DNA of 64,000 bases, taken from the NCBI GenBank assembly GCA_019338205.1, contig GCA_019338205.1_4761.1. One strand, 5' to 3'. Position numbers and translations under genes: made by a program. The stretch comes from a phage. The notes below the pieces were generated by a model that ran no database searches, was not told the DNA's origin, and worked only from the letters and a program-made list of their open reading frames with translations. This document shows positions 29,186-36,674 of this stretch, in pieces (the first letter of the stretch is position 1; every line of letters starts with the position of its first letter).

Positions 29186-29689
29186 ATGCAATTTACACCA
29201 GAAGAACTTAACATCATTGATGAAGTGATGAACTCTAAAGAAAATATCGATATGTCGATCCTTAATGGATTGATCGAAAAGACTGAGCGGTTAGTGCATC
29301 ATGAAGCCTTGTATCGCGGTGTGAGCAAAAGAGAAGGCCGTAAGCTGGATACCTTAATTGTTGGTGATTCTTTCGTTGTAGAGCGTCCTATGAGCTTTAC
29401 GCCACTGCAATCAACAGCAGAGGACTTTGCAACCGATGTTTATGCAACAGGAAAGATTATTGCAATAAAACCTACCAAGCCTTGCATGAATTATTACGAA
29501 CATGCTATTGACCGAGTGGTGTCTAAAGAGTATGACAATCCGACTACTCGACTGTCTTTGTATGCTATGTTGGCAGATGAGCGCGAGTGCATATACAAGA
29601 CAGGGACGACCATGATCCTTGATGAGATCGAGGAAGTTTACGCGTGTAATGGCGATCTGATAGAGATTTACAAATTTTCTTTAATTTAA
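29186..29689 (+). CDS. hypothetical protein, possible ADP-ribosyltransferase (ModA/ModB position)
   Basis: 167 aa; YRG ... STA ... EIEE spaced like R-S-E ART motifs; syntenic with T4 modA/modB; weak. Confidence 0.55.
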   Translation: MQFTPEELNIIDEVMNSKENIDMSILNGLIEKTERLVHHEALYRGVSKREGRKLDTLIVGDSFVVERPMSFTPLQSTAEDFATDVYATGKIIAIKPTKPCMNYYEHAIDRVVSKEYDNPTTRLSLYAMLADERECIYKTGTTMILDEIEEVYACNGDLIEIYKFSLI

Positions 29690-29692
29690 GTG

Positions 29693-29721
29693 TTGACAGC
29701 ACAAACCAGATAGACAATAAT
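29693..29721 (+). promoter_or_regulatory. sigma70-type early promoter with conserved ATAATACAC.CATACCAA leader
   Basis: TTGACA 29693-29698, -10 around 29715-29721; leader almost identical to the one at 43039-43075. Confidence 0.5.
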
Positions 29722-29750
29722 ACACCCATACCAACTAAGGAGAATCAATT

Positions 29751-30506
29751 ATGAAACTGTTTGCTTTTAAATCTAACGAAGAATTGGCGCTGGTTGTTTT
29801 CCGTCTGAACTCTATCATGGCTGGCGCTTCACGTCGCAACAAAGACTTCTCTATGAGCTTAGTCACTGTGCGTAACATTTACCGTCAGACTCATTGCGCA
29901 TATTCAGGTGAAGCGTTCGGTGAAGGTGATGATGGACTCTCCTTAGAGCGCATTGATTGCAATCTAGGATATGTTGATGGCAATGTAATTCCGGTTAAAC
30001 TGAAATACAATTCTTTCCGTGGCAATCACACTATCGAATCTCTTAAAGAGATCCAGGAACTAGGAACTAACGGTAAACTTTCTGATGATGAAATTGCCCT
30101 ACGTGCGAAGTACATCGAGTGGATCGAACTTAACGAGAATCGCATCAAAAATCAGGAAATAGCAATCGAAGAAAAGAAGTTAGCAATCGAGCGCCACAAA
30201 AAGCACAACGAACCGGAGAAAGCAGAGGCAGCCGAGCGAGCGATTAAAAATACTCTCTTCCGTATGGAAGAACGTTATCAGAAAATTACAGATCTCAAGC
30301 AAGCCCTTAGCGAAATCAACAAGAAAGAAGAAAAACTTAAGGCTATTGCAAACAATACCGAAGTCGTGCTAAAATATACCAGCGTTTTGATTGAATCTCT
30401 TTCTAAGTATGAGAACTTAACGCCAGCACAAAAAGAACGCGTGAAATACGGGCTTCCGATTGATGCGTCGTGGATTGAATTGATGAAAGCGAAGGTAGGT
30501 TTATAA
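29751..30506 (+). CDS. hypothetical protein with degenerate HNH-like N-terminal region and coiled-coil C-terminus (position of T4 srd)
   Basis: 251 aa; CAYSGEAF...LERIDCNLGYVDGNVIPV...YNSFRG resembles an HNH motif lacking the catalytic His; AAGGAGAATCAATT leader. Confidence 0.6.
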   Translation: MKLFAFKSNEELALVVFRLNSIMAGASRRNKDFSMSLVTVRNIYRQTHCAYSGEAFGEGDDGLSLERIDCNLGYVDGNVIPVKLKYNSFRGNHTIESLKEIQELGTNGKLSDDEIALRAKYIEWIELNENRIKNQEIAIEEKKLAIERHKKHNEPEKAEAAERAIKNTLFRMEERYQKITDLKQALSEINKKEEKLKAIANNTEVVLKYTSVLIESLSKYENLTPAQKERVKYGLPIDASWIELMKAKVGL

Positions 30507-30820
30507 TGCATGTATTTGCTGTATGTTATCGTGATAAAGACGGATTCTTTCAATACTCAGTGGACGCGAAGGGTCGCGTCCTAACTTGCGAAACACATGA
30601 TGCTGCGTTAGCGTCAATGTGTGATCAGATAGATTATTGTGAGAGTCTATTGGCAGGTGAACCGAAATACAAGGTTGTACCTAAACGAAAATTTGGCATA
30701 ATCCGGTCTTCTGAAATTGTTCGGGATGGTATCGAATATAAAATTCCTGAATATGAAAAAGAACGGGTACGGCGAGAACTCAATACTATCTGTGTTCGCA
30801 AGGTGAGGATTTTAGGATAA
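30506..30820 (+). CDS. hypothetical protein
   Basis: 104-aa ORF directly upstream of dda. Confidence 0.55.
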   Translation: MHVFAVCYRDKDGFFQYSVDAKGRVLTCETHDAALASMCDQIDYCESLLAGEPKYKVVPKRKFGIIRSSEIVRDGIEYKIPEYEKERVRRELNTICVRKVRILG

Positions 30821-32211
30821 TGAGCAGAGTATTAACTTTCGATATGTTAACAGACGGACAAAAACATGCTTTTGATGTTCTAATGAAACGCATTGAACAA
30901 AAGAAGCATACAACTGTCCGTGGTGCGGCGGGTACTGGTAAAACCGCAATGATGAAATTCATTGTTCAGGAAATGGTCCGTCGTGGTGTAACTGGTGTGG
31001 TTTTGGCAACGCCTACCCACCAGGCTAAAAAAGTTTTGAGTAAAGCGGTAGGTCGTCAAGCATTTACTTTACATGCACTACTGCGACTAAACCCGACCAA
31101 CTATGAAGATACTCAAGTATTTGAGCAAAAAGATACTCCTAAGCTAGATGATGTTCAGATCATCATTGTTGATGAAGCGAGTATGGTCGATAAGAAACTA
31201 TTTGATATTCTCATGAAGAGTATCAACGGTCGAATTGTTATTATTGCCGTGGGTGATCTGTACCAGTTACGACCAGTTGATCCGAGCGGTGCAACGTCGA
31301 TCTCTCCTTTCTTCACCGATGAAAGGTTTCAGAATGTAGAACTTACAGAGATTAAACGATCTAATGCGCCAATAATTGATGTGGCGACCGCTGTCCGTAA
31401 TGGTAAATGGGTATTCGAAAAGCAGTGCGGTAACGAGGGTGTATTCCATAGCTCAACTCTGCCGGAGTTTATGAAGCATTATTTCGAAACCGTTAAAACG
31501 CCGGAAGACCTTCTAGAAAACCGTATTCTGGCCTACACTAACAAGAGCGTCGAAAAACTCAATGAAATTGTACGTAAGCGCGTTTATAACACCGATGAAC
31601 CAGTGATTGTAGATGAAATTCTGGTTACTCAGGAACCATTGATCGAATATCTGCGAGATGAACGCGGGAAGAAGATTCCCAATGTTATTTTTAACAATGG
31701 TGAGATGATCCGAGTTAAAGAGGTCATCCCGCGTGAATTTACATTACGTTGCACGGGGGTAGATCCGCAACCAGTTTTAGGCTATACTCTGAAAGTGGAA
31801 AGCGTCGATGATGACGAAGACAAAGAAATCCTAAATCAGAAAGTTGGTTTAGATGCAGTCGGAATCACTACAGATAAACCGGATTTAGTAGAAATCAACA
31901 TTCTGACAGAACAACGCCAGAAGAACATTTTCTCTATCTATCTGAATACGGTCGCCGGACAATATCGCGAAATGAAGAAAGAGAATCCAAAATTTAAACC
32001 AGATTGGGATTCCTTCTGGACGATGAAACGTATGTTCTTGAATGTAAAAGCATTACCAGCTTGCACCATTCATAAGTCACAAGGGATCAGCGTAGACCGC
32101 GTGTTCCTGTATACTCCTTGCATGTGTACAGACAATGTTGACTTTGAATTGGCAATGCAGTTATTATATGTGGGTGTTACCCGTGCGCGGTATCGAGTAG
32201 ACTATATTTGA
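30820..32211 (+). CDS. dda: SF1 DNA helicase Dda
   Basis: Walker A GAAGTGKT, IIIVDEASM, FNNGEMIRV, and TPCMCTDNVDFELAMQLLYVGVTRARYRVDYI closely match remembered T4 Dda. Confidence 0.93.
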   Translation: MSRVLTFDMLTDGQKHAFDVLMKRIEQKKHTTVRGAAGTGKTAMMKFIVQEMVRRGVTGVVLATPTHQAKKVLSKAVGRQAFTLHALLRLNPTNYEDTQVFEQKDTPKLDDVQIIIVDEASMVDKKLFDILMKSINGRIVIIAVGDLYQLRPVDPSGATSISPFFTDERFQNVELTEIKRSNAPIIDVATAVRNGKWVFEKQCGNEGVFHSSTLPEFMKHYFETVKTPEDLLENRILAYTNKSVEKLNEIVRKRVYNTDEPVIVDEILVTQEPLIEYLRDERGKKIPNVIFNNGEMIRVKEVIPREFTLRCTGVDPQPVLGYTLKVESVDDDEDKEILNQKVGLDAVGITTDKPDLVEINILTEQRQKNIFSIYLNTVAGQYREMKKENPKFKPDWDSFWTMKRMFLNVKALPACTIHKSQGISVDRVFLYTPCMCTDNVDFELAMQLLYVGVTRARYRVDYI

Positions 32212-32221
32212 GGAAATTATT

Positions 32222-32389
32222 ATGATTATGCGAAGTATCCCAGAATTTGACGAAGTGACGGTACGCCGTCACAATGGAACTGTTACCATGTGTTTTAGTT
32301 GGGGTCATTATGGATGGAACGTATCCGGCGACAGTGAAGCTGAATGTATCAATAAAATGATCGAATATTTCACTAAGCGAGGGTTTTGA
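32222..32389 (+). CDS. small hypothetical protein (55 aa), not on the ORF track
   Basis: hand translation MIMRSIPEFDEVTVRRHNGT...ECINKMIEYFTKRGF; C-terminus lies in the direct repeat. Confidence 0.4.
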   Translation: MIMRSIPEFDEVTVRRHNGTVTMCFSWGHYGWNVSGDSEAECINKMIEYFTKRGF

Positions 32390-32400
32390 TATGGCTAATG
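32343..32400 (+). repeat. direct repeat copy 1 (about 58 bp)
   Basis: TGTATCAATAAAATGATCGAATATTTCACTAAGCGAGGGTTTTGATATGGCTAATG, about 85 percent identical to copy 2. Confidence 0.6.
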
Positions 32401-32567
32401 AAGCCAGAAGAACGAAGAGTTTAGATACGCGGTGTAAGCCAAAAATGACAAACGAACAGTTACAGGATTTTTTGGCTGTAGCTCTTAATTCGTCAAAAAA
32501 ATCTCGTGACTACCAAGCTGTATGTATCAATAAAATACCAGAACATTTCATTAAGCGAGGGTTTTGA
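32391..32567 (+). CDS. small hypothetical protein (58 aa), not on the ORF track
   Basis: hand translation MANEARRTKSLDTRCKPKMTNEQLQDF...VCINKIPEHFIKRGF; C-terminal tail paralogous to the previous ORF. Confidence 0.4.
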   Translation: MANEARRTKSLDTRCKPKMTNEQLQDFLAVALNSSKKSRDYQAVCINKIPEHFIKRGF

Positions 32568-32596
32568 TATGGTTGTTATTAATGATATGGCTAATG
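32519..32596 (+). repeat. direct repeat copy 2
   Basis: TGTATCAATAAAATACCAGAACATTTCATTAAGCGAGGGTTTTGATATGG...ATGGCTAATG. Confidence 0.6.
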
Positions 32597-32811
32597 TAAT
32601 ACATCTACAATCAATTGTCGCGTGGAACCGTCAAAAGATTCATTGTGACTATGCACAACATGTAATTAATTTTAACAACAAAGTACGCGCATACATGGCA
32701 ACGGACCGACTGTTAACCGATAATTACGGTAACGGGATTATTGATTGTAGCGGTTTCATTCTGGATAAAAACGATCTGGAGTTGTTCCGGCATATCGCGG
32801 AGGATATTTAA
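32569..32811 (+). CDS. hypothetical protein
   Basis: track ORF 32506..32811 trimmed to ATG 32569 (MVVINDMANV...). Confidence 0.5.
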   Translation: MVVINDMANVIHLQSIVAWNRQKIHCDYAQHVINFNNKVRAYMATDRLLTDNYGNGIIDCSGFILDKNDLELFRHIAEDI

Positions 32812-32812
32812 A

Positions 32813-33481
32813 ATGCTTCCAGTGGATTTAATGATTGACTTTGAAAGTTTAGGTTATCCGCCTGATGGGGCGGTTATCAATATGGCGGCAATCGGATTTA
32901 AAGAAGATCCGCACAATCCACCTACATTTAAAGAACTGATTGACAATTCCTTTCTGGTAAAATTTGATATTCCTTCCCAGAAAGGTGTAAGGGTGTTTGA
33001 TCATGGTGTGGTTGAATGGTGGAAGAATACCGCCTCAGAAGGCATGAGAAAGCAATTAATCACAAATGGTACGGAAGTATCAACTAAAGAAGGTTTAGCG
33101 CGTTTTAACGCATTCTGTGAAGCCGTAGGAGTAGATCCGGTTAAATCCGTATTGTGGTCACGCGGTAATGCGTTTGATATTCCGTTACTAGTTGATATGA
33201 TCCGCCGTGCACACAATACACGAGAGACGTTCAGCCTTGAGCCTGTGCGATTCTGGAATATCCGAGATGTTCGCACCGCCATTGAGCGTACATTGATGCA
33301 TCGCGGGATGTGTGAGTGTCCGTTACCAATGGGTACGCTAGATGGTTTTATCGCACATGATGCAATTCATGATTGCGCTCGCGATATTCTTATGCTAATC
33401 TATGCACAACGTTATGCTATGGGTCTGGAAGACCTACCAGAAAATCCAGATCCAAATTCAGTTAAGAAACAAAGGGGATAA
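32813..33481 (+). CDS. dexA: exonuclease A (DEDD family)
   Basis: DFESLGYP, WSRGNAFDIPLL, GTLDGFIAHDAIHDCARDILM, YAMGLED match remembered T4 DexA; ATG 32813. Confidence 0.92.
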   Translation: MLPVDLMIDFESLGYPPDGAVINMAAIGFKEDPHNPPTFKELIDNSFLVKFDIPSQKGVRVFDHGVVEWWKNTASEGMRKQLITNGTEVSTKEGLARFNAFCEAVGVDPVKSVLWSRGNAFDIPLLVDMIRRAHNTRETFSLEPVRFWNIRDVRTAIERTLMHRGMCECPLPMGTLDGFIAHDAIHDCARDILMLIYAQRYAMGLEDLPENPDPNSVKKQRG

Positions 33482-33482
33482 T

Positions 33483-33656
33483 ATGCCATTATACGATTAT
33501 TCTTGTGAAGAACACGGTCAATTTCAGAAAATCCGCAAAATTTCCGAGCGTGAAAAGGCAGAATGCCCTGAATGTGGTAAAGAATGCAAACAGGGATTAA
33601 CTGCCCCGCGCGGGATTAATGGCGGGTACTATGATAAAAATGTGCGCGTGTCATGA
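33483..33656 (+). CDS. FmdB-type zinc-ribbon protein (57 aa)
   Basis: MPLYDYSCEEHGQF...CPECGKECKQ; track ORF 33402..33656 trimmed to ATG. Confidence 0.5.
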   Translation: MPLYDYSCEEHGQFQKIRKISEREKAECPECGKECKQGLTAPRGINGGYYDKNVRVS

Positions 33657-33665
33657 GTCATATAC

Positions 33666-33694
33666 TTGACAATCACTCAATTTTTAATATGATT
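33666..33694 (+). promoter_or_regulatory. possible sigma70-type promoter upstream of gp39
   Basis: TTGACA 33666-33671, weak -10 (TATGAT) about 17 nt downstream. Confidence 0.3.
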
Positions 33695-33755
33695 GTTGCA
33701 GCCGTCTTTGTGGCGGTTGCAGTAAGTTATGGTTATGTTATGAAGAGGTTTAATA

Positions 33756-35579
33756 ATGAGTGAGTTCCGCATTTTATCGGATCGTGAACATGTTCTTAAG
33801 CGTGCAGGAATGTACATAGGATCAACAACTTACGAAGAACATCAACGTTTCCTGTTCGGTAAATGGACAAAAATTTCATATGTTCCTGGACTGGTTAAAA
33901 TCATTGATGAGATCATCGACAACTCTGTAGACGAGGCGATTCGCACTAATTTTGAATTTGCCAATGTGATTAGCGTCGATATCCAAAACAATATTGTTAC
34001 GGTAACAGACAATGGTCGCGGTATTCCTCAACATATGGTTACTACCCCAGAGGGCACGCAGATTCCGCAACCTGTAGCCGCATGGACACGAACAAAAGCA
34101 GGGTCTAACTTTGATGATACCAATCGATTAACGCAAGGGATGAACGGTGTGGGGTCGTCGTTGTCAAATTTCTTTAGCGATTGGTTTACTGGTGTGACCT
34201 GTGACGGCGAAACAGAAATGACCGTTCAATGTACAAACGGTGCTGAAAATATCACATGGTCATCGAAACCATCAAAATTGAAGGGAACAAAGGTTACATT
34301 TTGCCCAGACTTCGACCACTTCGAAGGTTATATGATGGACAACTCTGTTTTAGATATTGTTCATGATCGTCTGCAATCATTGAGCGTAATATTTCCTAAG
34401 ATCACGTTTAAGTTTAATGGTAAACGTATTGTTAGTAAGTTCAAGGATTATGCTAAACTATACAATGATGATCCGTTTGTCATTGAAGATAAAAACTTTT
34501 CACTTGCCCTAGTTCCGGCGGTCGAGGGAGAAGGTTTTAAATCAGTATCCTTTGCTAACGGTCTGTTTACCAAAAACGGGGGAACACACGTTGATTATGT
34601 GACAGATGATCTTTGTGAAGAGATTGTAAAACGAATCAAGAAAGAATATAAGGTTGATGTTACTAAAGCTGCGGTTAAATCTGGATTGACCTGTATTCTT
34701 ATTGTTCGTGAATTGCCTAACCTTCGTTTTGATTCACAGACAAAAGAACGCTTGACTAACCCGACTGGTGATATCAAGCGTCATATTGATCTTGATTTTA
34801 AAAAGCTGGCTAAAGTCATTGCTAAGAAAGAAAACATTATCATGCCTATTATTGCTGTAGTCCTGGCACGCAAAGAGGCAGCAGATAAAGCGGCAGCGAC
34901 TAAAGCAGCAAAGGCAGCAAAACGGGCTAAGGTAGCAAAACACGTTAAAGCTAACCTTATTGGAACTGACGCAGAAACTACCCTGTTTTTGACGGAAGGT
35001 GATTCCGCGATCAACTATCTGATCTCTGTACGTGATCAAGATTTACATGGCGGTTTCCCGTTGCGAGGTAAAACTCTTACAACGTGGGAACAACCGGAGG
35101 CAAAGATCGTTAAGAACGCCGAAATTTTTAACATCATGGCGATCACTGGCTTGCAATTTGGTGTTGATGCATTGGAAGTTATGCAATACAAAAATATTGC
35201 GATTATGACCGACGCTGATACTGACGGGATCGGGTCTATTAAACCTAGTCTGATCTCTTTCTTTGCACGTTGGCCTGAATTGTTCGAAGATGGACGAATC
35301 CGGTTTATCAAAACACCTATTATCATTGCTGAACCAAAGAAAGGTGGTGATGTTCGATGGTATTATGACCTAGAAGATTTCGAGAACGACCGAGATAATA
35401 TCAAAGGTTACAACATTCGATATATCAAAGGTTTAGCATCGCTCACAGAATCAGACTATCATCGCGTGATCAACGATCCTGTCATGGAGATCATCACGTT
35501 ACCGGAAAACTATAAAGAGCTATTCGATTTGCTCTATAGTGAAGATGCAGATCAGCGCAAAATTTGGATGCAATCATAA
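33756..35579 (+). CDS. 39: DNA topoisomerase II large subunit, unsplit gp39+gp60 (GyrB-like)
   Basis: 607 aa; GHKL ATPase motifs (DNGRGIP, GMNGVGSS) and TOPRIM (LTEGDSA, MTDADTDG); the C-terminal 150 aa correspond to T4 gp60. Confidence 0.93.
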   Translation: MSEFRILSDREHVLKRAGMYIGSTTYEEHQRFLFGKWTKISYVPGLVKIIDEIIDNSVDEAIRTNFEFANVISVDIQNNIVTVTDNGRGIPQHMVTTPEGTQIPQPVAAWTRTKAGSNFDDTNRLTQGMNGVGSSLSNFFSDWFTGVTCDGETEMTVQCTNGAENITWSSKPSKLKGTKVTFCPDFDHFEGYMMDNSVLDIVHDRLQSLSVIFPKITFKFNGKRIVSKFKDYAKLYNDDPFVIEDKNFSLALVPAVEGEGFKSVSFANGLFTKNGGTHVDYVTDDLCEEIVKRIKKEYKVDVTKAAVKSGLTCILIVRELPNLRFDSQTKERLTNPTGDIKRHIDLDFKKLAKVIAKKENIIMPIIAVVLARKEAADKAAATKAAKAAKRAKVAKHVKANLIGTDAETTLFLTEGDSAINYLISVRDQDLHGGFPLRGKTLTTWEQPEAKIVKNAEIFNIMAITGLQFGVDALEVMQYKNIAIMTDADTDGIGSIKPSLISFFARWPELFEDGRIRFIKTPIIIAEPKKGGDVRWYYDLEDFENDRDNIKGYNIRYIKGLASLTESDYHRVINDPVMEIITLPENYKELFDLLYSEDADQRKIWMQS

Positions 35580-35582
35580 CAC

Positions 35583-35630
35583 TTGACATACAAGGGAGAT
35601 TCTCTATAATGGGAGTCTCCCTTTTCTTTT
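35583..35630 (+). promoter_or_regulatory. PeSL-like early promoter with terminator-like T-run
   Basis: TTGACA 35583-35588, TATAAT 35605-35610 inside the loop of GGGAGA...TCTCCC, followed by TTTTCTTTT. Confidence 0.55.
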
Positions 35631-35644
35631 ATGAGGATTTAATA

Positions 35645-35944
35645 ATGAGCAAAAAGAATAACATGATGATGAGTATGGCAAAGTTCATGGAAGCAGACCT
35701 GATCAAAAATACAGTACAGCATGAACGCCAGCGCGAAGCCGCAGTGATTGCAGAACAAGGTTTTCAGGTTATTCACAATCCACCTAAAGATACGATTAAA
35801 TCGAAATACAGAGACGATCTGAAAGACCATGAAGTACGGGAACTGGTTAATGATCTGCATGACATTGCCATCAAATATCATGGTTATCAGTGCTTACGAG
35901 AACTGATCGCAGAGCGAGTAATGGATGCATTGAAAAAAGATTAA
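35645..35944 (+). CDS. hypothetical protein
   Basis: track ORF 35564..35944 trimmed to ATG after GAGGATTTAATA. Confidence 0.55.
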   Translation: MSKKNNMMMSMAKFMEADLIKNTVQHERQREAAVIAEQGFQVIHNPPKDTIKSKYRDDLKDHEVRELVNDLHDIAIKYHGYQCLRELIAERVMDALKKD

Positions 35945-35951
35945 AAATCTG

Positions 35952-35980
35952 TTGACACTGGACCGGGGATATATCATAAT
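35952..35980 (+). promoter_or_regulatory. PeSL-like early promoter
   Basis: TTGACA 35952-35957, CATAAT 35975-35980 inside the GGGGA...TCCCC inverted repeat. Confidence 0.55.
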
Positions 35981-36010
35981 GTCCCCATCGAAAACAAAAG
36001 GTTGACTTAT

Positions 36011-36205
36011 ATGAAACCGTTTAAGAATGAAGAAACTCAAAAATTTTGTGAAAAAATTGCAGAAATCTACTTGACAGGGGAGAAGGAAAAAGCTAATATT
36101 ATGTTCAATAAGTCAGTTTCCATGATGAAAGTAGCACGCTGGGAACTGATCGCAATGCAAGACCAAATTCGTTATCTAGTAACAAAGGAGAATCAAAATG
36201 CGTAA
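36011..36205 (+). CDS. small hypothetical protein
   Basis: ATG 36011; 64 aa. Confidence 0.5.
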   Translation: MKPFKNEETQKFCEKIAEIYLTGEKEKANIMFNKSVSMMKVARWELIAMQDQIRYLVTKENQNA

Positions 36206-36392
36206 CCATTACATCGAACTGGCAAGCCGTAAAGTTTCAGACCTGAAAGGCGTAATTGCTTACTATGAAGAAGTCCTGAAAAACAAAATTGCTGATTGGG
36301 AACGTAAAGAATACAGCAAGTGCTTAGAGAAAAGCCGCGCTGAACTGGTTGACGCAGAAGCCCATCTGCAATGGGTGATTGAAAATGTATAA
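36198..36392 (+). CDS. small hypothetical protein
   Basis: 64 aa; AAGGAGAATCAAA leader. Confidence 0.55.
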   Translation: MRNHYIELASRKVSDLKGVIAYYEEVLKNKIADWERKEYSKCLEKSRAELVDAEAHLQWVIENV

Positions 36393-36402
36393 GGAGTAGA
36401 AA

Positions 36403-36660
36403 ATGAGTCGAAGTTTTGATTTTCTGATCGCCAAGTGTCATCGAGAAAAGAAATCGATGGACCTGTTTATGGAGTGTTTGAGGTATGAATATGCGCATCT
36501 TCGTAAACACAAAATTGACCCGCAGGTTTCCTACGAAAACATCAAGAAATATGCGAAAGAAGTGATTGACAACGATTGCACCGTGACATATAATGCGTTT
36601 ATTGATTTATGGGCTTGGGATGTAATCTACGCAGAGATGGACAAAGAAGATTTTAATTAA
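36403..36660 (+). CDS. small hypothetical protein
   Basis: 85 aa; AAGGAGTAGAAA leader. Confidence 0.55.
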   Translation: MSRSFDFLIAKCHREKKSMDLFMECLRYEYAHLRKHKIDPQVSYENIKKYAKEVIDNDCTVTYNAFIDLWAWDVIYAEMDKEDFN

Positions 36661-36674
36661 GTGAGGATCATATT

